A DNA stretch of 63,526 bases, filler included, from Stramenopiles sp. TOSAG23-3 (lineage: Eukaryota), in the NCBI GenBank assembly GCA_900128585.1. It is 5 parts of 5 records of this genome, joined end to end, with 100 filler letters (N's around TTAATTAATTAA, not from the genome) between each part and the next. Parts side by side here need not be neighbours in the genome. Positions count along the whole stretch, not along the records: positions 1 to 28,404 come from LT642247.1; 4 more parts are not named here. One strand, written 5' to 3'. Shown here piece after piece: positions 13,201 to 21,900 of this stretch (within the stretch, counting starts at the first letter, position 1; each line of letters starts with the position of its first letter). Position numbers and translations under genes: made by a program. The notes under the pieces are model-generated. The model did no database searches and had not been told where the DNA came from. It saw only the letters and a list, made by a program, of their open reading frames with translations.

Positions 13201-15383
13201 CCTCGTGCTGTGTCGGCCGTGCTGGTGGCGGCGCCGGACGCGGCGCCGGCGTCAGGCGTCTTTTTTGCGGCATTCGCGCTGCCCCCCGCGGCGCGAGGGC
13301 GACTCCGCTGCGACGACGACTTTTCCGCGTCTTTGACAACCTTCAAAAGTGCGGAGCTGTAGTGTTTTGCGTGCTCCTTGGACGCGTCCGCCTTTGCCTT
13401 TTCTATGGCCCGGATCCTTGGTATGTCGTCCTTCAACGTGCTAAATTTATTGACAAGGGTGTTCAAGATGCGAACGAGCAGGTTCCACCCCCTCATCCGG
13501 TCGGGCTCTTTGTTGTGGTATATGTTGTCCACCAGGTTCAGAAGCAGCCGGACTGAGGTTATTTGAATGGACAAGGGCAGCATCGGATCGTCAATGTTTC
13601 GCGAAAAAATATAGATGATGTTGGATATTTGCTTCAGTTTCAGCTTCCCGCGAACGTGGTGGACCAGGTCCGCAATCGTAGAGTAAGCCAGCGGGCGCAA
13701 ACTGGTGTCGGACTGCCGCCCTGACCCAAGAAGGACCTTCTCTTTTAGCAGCTCGTTCACGAACGGGAAAAAGGAGCTTCGAAAATCAGTTGCCAAGATG
13801 TGTCGGGTGGCCACGAAGAGCTCTTTCCGGACTGCCGTAGCGCTTGTGGGGCAGACTTTGAACAGGTACACGACCGCCTCGGCGATCTGCTTGCTCTGTG
13901 GCTTCATCGAGACGGCGAAGGACTTGAGCAGGTACGTCAAGAACGACAGCGTCTTCACCTGGCAGGCCACCATTTCAAGGAGCCTCATCTGGTACTTTGA
14001 CTGGGAGGTCTGCAGGGTCATCGGTGGGACCTTGAGCTGGATGGCGGCGATCATCTTTGGGATCAAGTCCCTGATCTGCTCCCGGATCTGCATAGGGTGG
14101 AGCTGGTACAGCAGCATGACGATCAGCGGGCACTCGGTGACGACCGGGAACGAGTATAGGCACGGCACTGTGGTCTCGACCCGCGTGGTGGCCCTCTGGA
14201 AGGACTGGAGCTTGGTTGCCCCCAGGTTCCAGTACAGCTTTTTGACGAAACCCAAGAAGGCCTGGACGTGCATTTTGTTCTGGTTCTTGTTCGCCTTGTG
14301 GAGTTCGAAGATGATCTTCAAGCACACGAGGGCATTGGCCTCGTTCTCCTTGGGCAAGACGGCCATGACCAGGTCCAGTATCTTCTCGCAGTACGGGAAC
14401 CAGACGTTGTTGACCGGAAGCCGGTTGATGATCTCCAAAATGATGAACCTGATCTTGTTCTTAATCTTCATCGCCCGGTTCTCCGGAACATTCTGCTTGA
14501 TCTGCACCGTGATCTTCTTCTCCAAAATATACTTGAATGCCGGGAAGAGGTACTTGAGGAAGTTGGCGTACTCCTGGGTGTGCACGATCTCGATCCTTTC
14601 CCTCAAGTTGTTGACGATGTTGTACAGTTCCTCGACGCTGGTCCCGGTGGCGACCATCTTTCGTTGGGCAATCTCGAACTGGCTCATCTTGGGCTGTGAG
14701 TCCTTCCCCGGCACCGTCGACGACCCGTATGAGAGCCTGGACTTGGACCCGGAGGACGACGGTTTCGCCCGTGGGGAGGCCGCGGCGGAGGAGTACGAGG
14801 GCCGCTTCCGGTCCCCCCCGCTCACGTGGCTCGGCGAAGAGCTCGCGGACAGCGGGCGCTTTTTCGACCCCGACCCCGTTGGTTTGATGATGCTGCTGCT
14901 GCTACTACTACTAATACTAATACTACTATGTTTCGGGGAGGCTTTCGCCTTGGACGCGAGGGGCTTGATGTCCGGCACTTTCCGGGTCAGGGACGGGGAC
15001 ACGGCCCGTCCGTTGACGACGGGGACCGCGGGGGGCGAAGACATCGACTGGCGGTCGGCATCGATGCCCGGGGAGACGATGGAGCTCGAGCCGTTGCTGC
15101 TCGCAAGCGTCGCGCTCCCCGTGTTCTCGCCCGCTACCCCGTTGCTATTGCCCGACGTCGAAGACGAAGAGGGCGACGGCGTTGCCGTGCTGCCCTCCCG
15201 TTGGCGCTCCAGTGTTGCCCCCCCGTTGGCGCTCTGGCCGTCGTCTGCGGGGGGGGTGCCCGCCTTTCCTACACTAGTGATCGAGCCCGATGAGACTTCG
15301 ACTTCCATGTCGACATCCGCGGTGGACGACCCGTCGTCCGGCTTCTTTTTGTCCGAATTCTGCTTCGTTTCTATGGTAGCCAT
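1236..15383 (-). CDS. TRRAP: Transformation/transcription domain-associated protein (PIKK pseudokinase, SAGA/NuA4 scaffold), about 4715 aa, apparently intronless
   Basis: Tra1-type HEAT motifs (ECPLIVMLLYQL, QVKTLSFLTYLL, RKELFVATRHILAT, LRPLAYSTIADLVHHVR, LRTLEFWIDNL); FAT region (WRERLPNRWED); PI3K-like domain lacking catalytic DRH/DFG (GHQEPHK, SDLHP; VPFRLT present); FATC end MPASWQPWL. First ATG at 15383. Confidence 0.97.
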   Translation of the reverse strand: MATIETKQNSDKKKPDDGSSTADVDMEVEVSSGSITSVGKAGTPPADDGQSANGGATLERQREGSTATPSPSSSSTSGNSNGVAGENTGSATLASSNGSSSIVSPGIDADRQSMSSPPAVPVVNGRAVSPSLTRKVPDIKPLASKAKASPKHSSISISSSSSSSIIKPTGSGSKKRPLSASSSPSHVSGGDRKRPSYSSAAASPRAKPSSSGSKSRLSYGSSTVPGKDSQPKMSQFEIAQRKMVATGTSVEELYNIVNNLRERIEIVHTQEYANFLKYLFPAFKYILEKKITVQIKQNVPENRAMKIKNKIRFIILEIINRLPVNNVWFPYCEKILDLVMAVLPKENEANALVCLKIIFELHKANKNQNKMHVQAFLGFVKKLYWNLGATKLQSFQRATTRVETTVPCLYSFPVVTECPLIVMLLYQLHPMQIREQIRDLIPKMIAAIQLKVPPMTLQTSQSKYQMRLLEMVACQVKTLSFLTYLLKSFAVSMKPQSKQIAEAVVYLFKVCPTSATAVRKELFVATRHILATDFRSSFFPFVNELLKEKVLLGSGRQSDTSLRPLAYSTIADLVHHVRGKLKLKQISNIIYIFSRNIDDPMLPLSIQITSVRLLLNLVDNIYHNKEPDRMRGWNLLVRILNTLVNKFSTLKDDIPRIRAIEKAKADASKEHAKHYSSALLKVVKDAEKSSSQRSRPRAAGGSANAAKKTPDAGAASGAATSTADTARGAEPGAAEKAAPSAAKDPSADIASKDPKPTNEEGSMTLVVADPASEAKGAPRANGQPEVPAKSTLPPARAAPGDPHKSLSLDAKTESSKIIKALIKTMILGLKTVVWCVSNYKVRETNSTITRDQRVQKQGVAVPLTEHEITLISNFFQLALACFDVYRDEKSDNRDEEKDVLENFGNVFTVLNHANFRDIFHRSTETGVARSALELLYENMLTDRTLLVIPQLFLTNARMSKIFADILLDFLLEPKRVFYLSGHASSGCSKWDRVDRAEKKLIGVSTDVNGEGIYNDSERANADERAAILLRLFKMVFQSVKLYKDNERVLLPKLRKIIILNLRCVTEVKDPKNHLELLRHLFRSIGGGKFELLYKELLQLLPGLLKGLVAMQKKTDDPDAKRLLIELCLTVPARLPSLLKHLPLLMTPVILALKSVHSELITLALRTLEFWIDNLNTEFLYPIMSRKPILLDLMGALTDLLKPKPANYGTTALRILGKMGGKNRIYLTNPVEFDILEDVNPGLAFSFNFNGAERSGTNSVLKMDKFVDLSTAFLQKHFSGERVPVKGTKTSSNAPSREKTTGDGNVESKIAEKGETSKAPEDAIEFGPKRTIAEIISAGKKAKRRRSKRPKFDDERVRREAAASAKLVAQIRGEGKTPDEQGSETPNAVRVHYKHMALSFLASSLAMFVDQSIGIERMGLESATGDEHGDTLDSSAKKGVRVKQLRAREKTLKKILVGMMTAAADTEMSRKAWPLFRGFVRQLFLLSVSKKGSALSDGHINADPTIICEVLADGWSSGKNEIVEVATRTLCLMAETAKLLCNRKDGTDSDVCRIGKTVWAALLKVLIHASFEKAWKRKVGACVGIRELHKLMPMDWIRANETTMFKALLFVLFDHTFEFQAHVISQAQKTIDMLLSSRKTAKTILAGSNEEGESNDLEPMVELKKQDPSLFRIIDLLTAELVRRSETSRNAAQMLLKRLSEETGISMYHLLVPFRKNIQERIFNRPLNHFMNEEQIARISCATFALSLKGKPLFDVDQSVIKFLMESVHLSSSDRLQARLLPINLDSGGIAVADSATRKILGLDGNPADIVEDLEYPFCGRHRTNLCVYTVGLIWACTVASPTVFADESRAQSRNQCIQFCCRSLTAISPDIVAASKHALGALITSLQKSLPNDLLKTSLRPVLANLAKFDNLTPALLNALAHVLEMLSKAFNDALAKQLLDHLRQWTQPAQIILAGQWEAGKEPEVAAKTIALFQYLPPSVASFMEDLVAVTLKLESVLHRYRTQRNDTKDRTKKVDVSGCGYSPFRSPLTQFLAKYPKQTVEFFLKKERLVNRPHAKLFQAIIKLPEARSIRDELMTSEATNTVINNMFLLQIKTSTDPNAKHGDGFEAISIAPSLPEPSPQDLENARQDLARAQVMLTKARKAYQSSYTKQKKLINDGTKQYKTLQGKLNAAVKKVQDYKHKSYSAKLKDTAHKNVEKYKKELLDSREKLKLAAQKQHQTTKKCEEAVERAERSFEEQQRLVSKVQRRLVSMAIERSPAGQVLMESEEKGAKEKAEYWAKMWANAQLKKARDVIQRQNVRRTADTNLPELNAKPKNKDAGDTSNASTSSDGTTSFWGENGLQNTSAHERKIMELRFQGIKIFHTLSHSDPKWLTSDKKITKCLLMMWEMPGRVERLQKEEEVELRHRQESKLLVECLQNVYRADTSNVSILFRMLNVFTERSVIDYTFLKRFFAEELSKIATVEAKKTLVTLYLEYFNGTKATETLKTLAIQYLLIPVLSAVFADKTIKNSDVLGDDLIKKIVSSLVESSASNKATEKLLVELLKLATLLVEFMSSELTVHRKNLIKFAWNHLKSKDALSKNWAYINVCRFIAMYETPPKIILQVYVALLRMTAPESRPLVRKALDILVPVLKDRLPHDEFVKSIKWTKKVIYEDGHSLSNVIHVWGVIVKNPSMFYGHKEQFMPQMVNCLSRLALPGNATLENRSLAVDLVEIIIVWEIEREKRSKLVKLQDQSKSLKAAARLAKKEAKLKLARKQARIEKKRKAAGKCPLKLRKASQTKWVLSSERKPSKRYKSRPISRRNLSYPKRPFSSLQSMGPASRPDKSITMIINFLIRLSLSTVQVGNQDILWRRCTELLARGLSVWPLTSIKNFSFKKLLEVPQKSSRGSSNRGRSTGSDNSSYPSTSKPKGRGAAGKAKKGSQRSTAATRARQAVDDVTSASQNIKPGVLLACLEVLNTMLRFSTPAKKNKFIQSNIAEIMTLLEPCLRTISTVDYGAIKPSQLEIGESANNVFSFGAYADRDQRNFLEEVILLNKCFRRFITRLIFCFPMHNAPKEFTDCRFYGYFKDLLDKSVTAGISARTKVTDFYNKYGNSKSGLKPPSGKGEAAGRFTGFAALQCISVLAKAHSPTALMYIGFFNKVLEALALDRTAFVHPSKDEKGRKISKLEGPTEGAHAFKLAMGMIGKSISRIHDKPDKRYFLNTLSHVIHKNDNTFVLEAIVSLVSNWMNLSVHLHTPLNDQEKEAFLIKMFTLMRFRDQHHALPLLTKYFDIIYSMCSLPEDSRPDWLNVQLKRPFMSALFSPNPIQRRMFYKLYVAKLNRDGKLHSTFSRVLSTLVQDWEPVNNRFWLPLATECILAGRVETSSISLDSSTPGFAPIEEAPEGFRLLGKGNTTTELTAMIAEQSAFLQSVRGNMTVKRVLTPLHELSHADPRVAIEMWGQVYPAAWASLDERSQMALVRPLTSLLSQQYHKRQLRLGSGFGYRRNVVQALLLGLAKSNPAPLIPAELLMFLGKTYNAWHTAIRICERQVFERDNHTQEGFESWTRVLDNLYTSLNETDHSKGLRHLTSESRETTAALDLQANGQWKQSQEVLVNAISEHMDGRLSEFELAGWKSSWVESCRQLAQWDVLLNYCLPATNEPKVLLECAWKTPKWSLVKKLFASPSVKAVTEETTPDSKLLLYQIYLAIQEWKLSDVDQYCRHGVQLVLQKWQSLPSTTSAAHIPLLQTFQNLVEVQESSKILVELKETRERDSSRMPDLNKYMHVWRERLPNRWEDAVVWTDVLTWRMHMFDFIKSESVRRNQRSRSKQDQSGQVQDTPWTALKICEVARNHKLKDLGLKFMDKLSNISQMEIGPAFKKLQQQISLCLDEPLRLKNGLAMINNTNLSYFQSEQKAELFRLKALFLERLGETREAESAFSKCLNVCQSFGEGWLSWGQFYDRLLHIACRGESAAVLREDASLELGAKTLEGLPLEYACHVMSCYLHAIYTRKEENTQLLLARVLRLLQCDDPSGRLLKIFTMHVDDTPIWSWVVWIPQLISMLGKEGSGQAHRVLTEIAKRYPQALYYSLRAFLLECRSEERSRQKKGAAAAPPADESDPARPKSAAKFAEELMNTIKRSHSPIAFEIESLLEELIVKFKQGPEEELLYFVHGLFAKCMRLQLKESTMGEVGVPNSIRVTLERITARFFPSEARGLHPRHAECYNLYAAAFRKDFSMSSRPRMSVEGLVRKLSKWKYIINNHLDQSLSRLSGSMNMEDCSSKMVAFSSQNIELPGQYSCDSEPNLSQNVTISLIETDYSILRRSDLSHTHQCRISIRGSDGLLNNFLLQNTAPKMTPRDERVAQFFELTNRLMAVHAPARQRNVRSVVPVIVPITPRIRLLKECSASTSLSSVYEDFCAAAGVDEVLPFIMAKNASVLSHPDFLFDGSPAEARAANRVRTYRTICETLVPNSILTDRVSALADSYEKLWYIRKQFATQTAVISYLSYLLSMGHQEPHKMFVSAQSGTTMYSDLHPLYSPDGLFASTGAVPFRLTRSMAHFLTPAGIHGTLTNSMMAVGSALKENEAFFEDYLFLLLQDDMEQQRAAIESSHAAETAKGEDGEEKKKEKDAVVDTDGDAIMGDADAAMGDGGPKGSKTIPYNVSVVKNMYCVLDRLDETTPINIPAVHDRTSCLAGTRSVDNPACMNGRIRDLLNDAMDVEKLASMPASWQPWL

Positions 15384-16669
15384 GCTTGTACAGGCGCAAA
15401 AAATAAAATTAAACGACAACCCCCGAGTACGTGTCCTGGAAAAACGTACCTACCGATATCCAACGGGCTGAAACAAGGGAACTTTCGAACGCACACGCAG
15501 GAAGACGATGACCTGGGTGGGTGTAAAGAGATCGCCACACGCACGCACTGGACGTTACCAAAACTGTCCAAATGCAGCCGAAACAGAACGGTGTGTGTGC
15601 GTTTGTGCCTGGCCGGATGTTGTGCGGGCGGTGTCGGGCTGATGGGTCGACAGACGGACGGACAAAGGCGATCAACCAACAAATACAAATAAATCCACGA
15701 ACTTCTTAAAATGGATCCCTTTCTTTCTTTTCTTTAATCTCCAACGCTGTCGGAAGAACACGATGGGAAAACGGGACGGAACAAGAGTGGGAACCAGATA
15801 GACCAATTGAAAAGCAAACAAACGCATAAATACCTTTCCAAATGTTTTTTGTTGTTCATTGTTTCCTTCTTCGCCTCTTTTGCTTTCCTATTTATTATTA
15901 TAAACTATTTTTATTACACACTAATAATACTTTTATTGATTCAAAATGAAGGAATCCATTATCTTTCCTCATTCCTCATAAATCCAAGAAAACATAATTA
16001 TTTATTAAGGATAATATATTTCAATATAAATGTATACAACTATAATAAATATAAGTACACAAATAGAACTACATAAATTATATAGAAGGACAATAGAAAT
16101 AAGTAGATAATAAATCAAATTCAGTTTTATTAATATGCATAAATACATTCAATAACATAGAAATAGTTTACACATATATATTTATTTTATCCTCAATAAT
16201 CAATAAAAAAAATAAAATTGAATGGATCGGACGGAGGATGATTTTACATAGGAACTATAAATACATTCAGTATCATAAGTATGTTATATTAGTATACATA
16301 TCAATGTACTTGATTTAAATGATGTCATTTCGCGCCTTCCTTCTTCTTTGATTTAGTAGTGTTGGTATTAGGGTTAATTAAGATTTTTGATTGCATCGAT
16401 CGGAAGTACATGTTTGACGTATACTAATATATATTGTTTAAGGATATAATGTCCTAAACAAATAGTATTTTGTTTTCAACTAAAAAGCAATTGAATAGAA
16501 TAAACTCAATCACGAAGCGATGAACAAATTGCTCCGTAGACAATGTTCCTTATTTTATCATCCGTTATTTTTTTGGGCTACAAAAAAAAGCAAAAAAATG
16601 AAGCAAGAAAATAAAAAATATGACTCCTTCGTTATTTTATTATGCTTTAATCAAAAGATTGCATTTCGA

Positions 16670-17532
16670 ATGGCAGTTAGAAATTGTTTGCACAACCTTT
16701 GTATTGACGCGTTAGTTCTTTGGTCTTCTGTCGTTTTTTATTGCTCGGGATCCTTTGAGCCAGATAATATCCCTGCACTAGAGGACACGCAAAAACGCAA
16801 CTATAGATGGCCGAACGAAAATCTGCGTTTTCCAGGAATTACGCCCTTTATCTTGCGGCAGGGTACCAGAATGATTTAGAGGCCATGCGGCATGCCCTCC
16901 TTTTTCGAAAAGTCTTGCAGACGATCTCGTTTGGTGATGGGTACAGGGCGATCAACGAGGCGTTGCCATACAATGTAGAGTACCAAGCCGATTGGAGGCC
17001 GTACGCGAACAAGACGGTGGATGGGTTTACAGCAGCCCACCAAGCCGCGGCGAGAAACTTCAAAGGTGCTCTTGATTTGCTGTTTCAGTTCAATTGGGAT
17101 TGCACAGCGGACGATGGGCGAGGTAAAACGCCCGCCGACTATGCGTTTGATAACGGCCATGTAGAGCTCTACGAGTGGATCTTAGACCGGGCAAAGTTTC
17201 AGAAACAGTGCCGCCAGGTTGATAAGTACCTACGAAAGTCCATGACGCGTGGTGATGTAACGCTTCAAGAATTCCTCGTCCGCATAGAGTACGTTCGACG
17301 GTTGAAATCGGGAAAGATTGTCGCTGGAAAGCGGAAAAAGGCGATAAAAATCCTATGGACCAAACTGATGCAGAAGAAGGCAAAAGACCTTTCTGTCAAG
17401 GAGAAAGATTTCAACAAAATATTGTCTAAAATATCGATGGACGTCGATGGCTTAGAGCTGGAACTGCCAATGAGCGAAGCGGACATGAAAAAGCACCGTG
17501 TACCGCAACGAAAGCATATTGACGTCGTCTAG
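16670..17532 (+). CDS. Ankyrin-repeat protein; probable 1-nt frameshift near 16845, start uncertain (16670 or 16807)
   Basis: ANK motifs DGFTAAHQAAARN and GRGKTPADYAFDNGH. The upstream frame (..FPGITP) joined to the downstream frame (LYLAAGY) gives a canonical GxTPLxLAA repeat if one base is restored at ACGCCCTTT. Confidence 0.7.
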
Positions 17533-17765
17533 AATGTGATGTTATAGTGCCAAAACTTCTTTTATTTATTAAATTTTTTACCAAAATAATTTTTGTGTCC
17601 ATCTGTCTGAGGTATACATTAAATAACATCTTAGAAATATGTATCAAACATTCTTTTATTTTTTTATCCTGAATCCCTTGTTTAAAAAAATTGAATGGAC
17701 ACAAGCCAACAACAAAAGTATTCAACACAGATTTTACGCCGCTGCTTGGAAAATCACTCAAGGAT

Positions 17766-17906
17766 GAGTCATCTATGAGTGAGACACCGGCTGTGGAAGT
17801 TGATTACGGATCAATTGAAAGCATTGCTCATCCACCTACCGATTCGGATCATGCATGGAGTACATCTGAGAATGATAGTCAAGACTAAGTGACACGGGTA
17901 TATTGA
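17766..17906 (+). repeat. Dispersed repeat module B (about 140 bp, coding-derived)
   Basis: Homologous to the reverse complement of 24539-24683 and to 63172-63266; shared core TCCACCTACCGATTCGGATCATGCATGGAG..TCTGAGAATGATAGTCAAGACTAA. Confidence 0.9.
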
Positions 17907-17980
17907 ATTTAGTAAAATCACAATGGCCCTCCTTTTCCAACCTATCTACCACTCCATAGATGTTGTTGTCTTTTGAAGAG

Positions 17981-18030
17981 AAAAAGTGAAATGGGACAGT
18001 TTTTGAAAAAGTGAAATGGGACAGTTTTTG
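17981..18030. repeat. Perfect 25-bp tandem duplication
   Basis: AAAAAGTGAAATGGGACAGTTTTTG x2. Confidence 0.9.
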
Positions 18031-18984
18031 AAACGCAACAACGCAGCTAATACTTTCCATTTGGCTTTGTTTGTTGGAGGCTGGTTTATTTTAGGAGGAG
18101 TCTAGTGGGTAGGATAGACAGAGCAGGTGCTACGAAGCTCAAAAGTGGCCCGACCAGTTCTGTGACCCTGCCGTAAATACATTACCTGAATAGATTTTGG
18201 AAAAAAATACCGGGACCATCTAGTCATCCAATATCATAAAGGGTCACCTCAACATATTTTACTCTACCACCCCTTGATAGGAAAAACGGTACTAGGCTTT
18301 GGTGCCAAAAAACGCCTAACATAGTTGTTGTTGCTCAAAGTTACCTATGTCTAGCCACACGATACTAGGGGCAAGCGTGGTCTTGGTGGCTATAATGTTG
18401 AATTTAGAAGGAAGGAGGAGGGTTTGTTTAGGCCCAAACCGTCCGGGGGGTACTCGAGCACTCAACAGGGGATACCCCGGAGACGCACAAATTGTCTGCT
18501 CGTATTCGACGCGCGCCAACAAGTACGAACACTTTCCTATATACCGCCGCGAGACGACGAAAAAAACGACTAAGCCGCGACCGGCTTATGCACTAGACCG
18601 GACGGGAAAGCCCCGGGACCTGCAAGCAAATATCGCAACCGATGAAACGAAATCTCTGCATGTCTGGAGCATGATTCTTTCTGCAGCTTGCAACAAAAAT
18701 AGTGTCGCGCTTAGTGTATCGTAGAACGGTACGTACCAGCGGAATAGTTTCTCCACGAGTGGGTTCGTGCGCAGAGGATCGAGTGACTTTGCTTCTGCGG
18801 GGTGAGGTTAATTCACAGCAGAGGGCGCCGCGCGGGGGGAACTGTTCGCGTTTGGGTGTAATAAGAACACTTTTATCGAAAGAAAGCCGGATTACAACAG
18901 TGAGAATATTTTACTGGATAGCGATTCGAAGGGTTTTGGCAAAGGATTTCTTCTTCTTCTCGCGGTTGCAACAGACGTTATAAT

Positions 18985-21900
18985 ATGTTCCGTGTTTTCG
19001 TTTTGTTTTGCTGCGTCGGGGTTGCGCTGGCGGCGGAGTGGAACTGCTCTGCTAGTAGTGGGGTGTTTACGCTGTCGAGCGACTGTGTGGTGAGCAGTCA
19101 AGTAGAAGTTACTGGTATTCTTTCACTTACTGGCGTTGTCAACGCGTCGGGCGTGCTCCCTCGCGTGGTTGGGGGAGGCTCCAACCGTCTGTTCAAAGTA
19201 GAGAGTGGTGGTGAGCTGGTGGTGCGGAGTTTGAACTTGACGGGAGGTAATGCAACAGGTACAGAAGATGATGAAATGGGCGGGTTCCTTCACATAAGTG
19301 GTGCTGGTTCAAAGTTCATCTGTCAACAAAGTATTGTGGGCAAACATTCTTCAGAAGCTCAAGGAGGGGCAATACTAGCAAACTCCGGAGCGAAAGTTTT
19401 TATTCACGAGGGTTGTAATTTTGAAGACAATGTTGCTGGAGGTGACGGTGGTGGTGCAATATTTTCGGCAGCTGCGAATTCCTTGGTGAATATATCCGGA
19501 AGGAGTACCTTTCGTGGGAATCACGCAATTAATTATGGAGGTGCAATTAATGTGCATTCACAGTCAAAACTTATTGTTAGCGAAGGAGCAATATTTGAGA
19601 ACAATTATGCTTCGGTTGGTGGTGCTGTACGAGGTGCAGGCAGTAGTACGATTACAATATCAAATAACGTTTTAATTCAAAACAATACTGCAGTTATTGC
19701 GGGTGGTGGTGTATTCATACAAGCGGGAGCCACAGCAGATATTTCTGATTCAATTATAGTCAACAATAAAGCAAATTCTTGGGGAGGTGGGCTGGGGGCA
19801 CATGCAAATTCACTCTGGGGCAGCATAGTAACGTACATGTACGTTCGCGATACGAAGGTGTCAAATAATTTTGGAAATAATGACGGCAACGATGTAAAAG
19901 TAAAAAGGGAAGGTGACAGTCAAATGAAAATGAACTTGGTTGTTCACCTTGTAAATATTGATTTCGGAATGTCCATGACGGAAAATAGTGTTGATACTCG
20001 TGATGCCAATGGCAATGCAATTGACTATACAATAAAAAATTGCTCTGATAATCCATGCATTTATAAGCCTTATTCTGCTTGTTTTGACCGTATTGTCAAT
20101 GGTCAAACCAATGTCGGCGTAGAATGCAAACCTCGACCAGACATCACGCGCATCTCGCCAAACAACCATTCGACCGTAGGTGGGGTTAACACATCATTTT
20201 ATGGCCAACACTTTGGTCGTAGCAACTCTGTCGTTTCGATAGAAACAAATGGCGAGGCATGGAACAATATCGTTTGGCGTAACGAAACGTGGATAACAGC
20301 AACTTCTCCGCCCGGGACTGGAAAATTGTATCCTGTCCACATGTCCGTCGATGGAATTGCTTCCGTACTGCCCACTGTACTATTTTCTTACTCACCGCCC
20401 AACATTTCTTCTACCGTGTCGCCCCCGTTTAAAGGTGGCACATTACAACTTTTTGGCATCAATTTTGGAGTCTCTCCCACCAAAATTTCCATCATGACGC
20501 AGGAAACAGGTGGTGGTTGTTCTCGAGAATGCACTGAACCTGAAGTGTCCAGCGGTAAAATAACCTGCCAATACGATGGCGTCGGAACCAAAGACAGTTG
20601 CCGAGAGGTTGTCGTCACTGTCGATGGTCAATCCAGCAATCGTGGAAATTTTTGTTATGATGCCGACCGAGGAGAAATGGTTTTCAACGATTTTCCCCCT
20701 CGTGTGACGGAGAAGGAAGCGTTCCAGTATAGCATTGGGTTGAGCACGGGGCTTGTGCGTTCGGCCAATGTCAAGGTTACCCTTGAGGCGGTATCAACAA
20801 AGCCTGAACTGGAATGTACGGTATCACCGACTGTGCTAATATTTTATCCAGACAATACAACACACGCTGTCAATGTACGAACGGATGGGAACCAAATTGA
20901 TGAAGGTACGGATGCGACAGCGTATTCGTGTGAGATATCCCACAGCGTTGCATCCACTGACTCTCAATATGCGGATTGTCCACCTAAGACGCTTACCGCA
21001 AACATCATCAACGACGATGAGGCGAATGTAAAGTTGTGGACCATTAACGAGGACACTGCCGAGTACGAGTACGATGTCAAATTTCTTCCATTTTTTATCG
21101 AAGAAGGTGAAAATGCATCGTACGGCGTTCGTTTGGATACCTCTCCGAATTCCACGGTCAAAGTGGAACCAGCAATACAATTGACGAATGCGCAAACCAT
21201 CTTGGAGCCTTATCCTGTGCTGAAGGTTGTCCCGCTGGCGTTGGAATTTGATTTCACAAATTGGAATGTCACGCAACGCCTTACCGTTCACTCTGTCCCG
21301 GATAAGATTGACCACAACGCGGTACGATTTCGAATTCTTCATAACATTACGACAACCGACAATGTGTTATTGAACAAGGCAACTGCACAGCCCATGCTGG
21401 TTGATGTTCGCGTAAACGACGATGATACGGCTGGTATTGATGTTGCCGACAAGAAAGCGTTGACACTTAAAGAAAATGGCCCCACCGAAAGCATCACCAT
21501 CTTGAAATTGAACTCGCAACCCGTGTTTGATGTGACCATCATGGTGGATATCCCATCTCCCCTTGTCAAAGCGTCCGTGCCTTCTTTCTACATTTCGAAG
21601 AACGCTTGGAATAGTGTCAGTCAGACCATCGCATTTCAAGCATTGGCTGGTGTTCCTAGTGACTCGATAAAGATTCACTTGCGTCCTGTAAGCGACGACC
21701 CCAAATATAACGGCGCCACCGTGGCAATCGATGCTACTTTGGTACCTAGCGGAGTAGCCCCCTCCAGACCCTTCGTTACCCATGAATCTCAACAACGCTT
21801 GCGAATATCTTGGTCGCACGCCAATACCCAATTCGAAGTACAATGGAGCGAGCAAGATACCTTTGCAAACGCGAATACCACCACGACAAATGCATCGGAG

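Noticed and set aside
13705-15471. 588-aa + strand ORF and many other antisense ORFs over TRRAP, the ABC transporter, DBP7, etc.
   Set aside because: Shadow ORFs from GC-rich codon usage on the opposite strand; no recognisable motifs.
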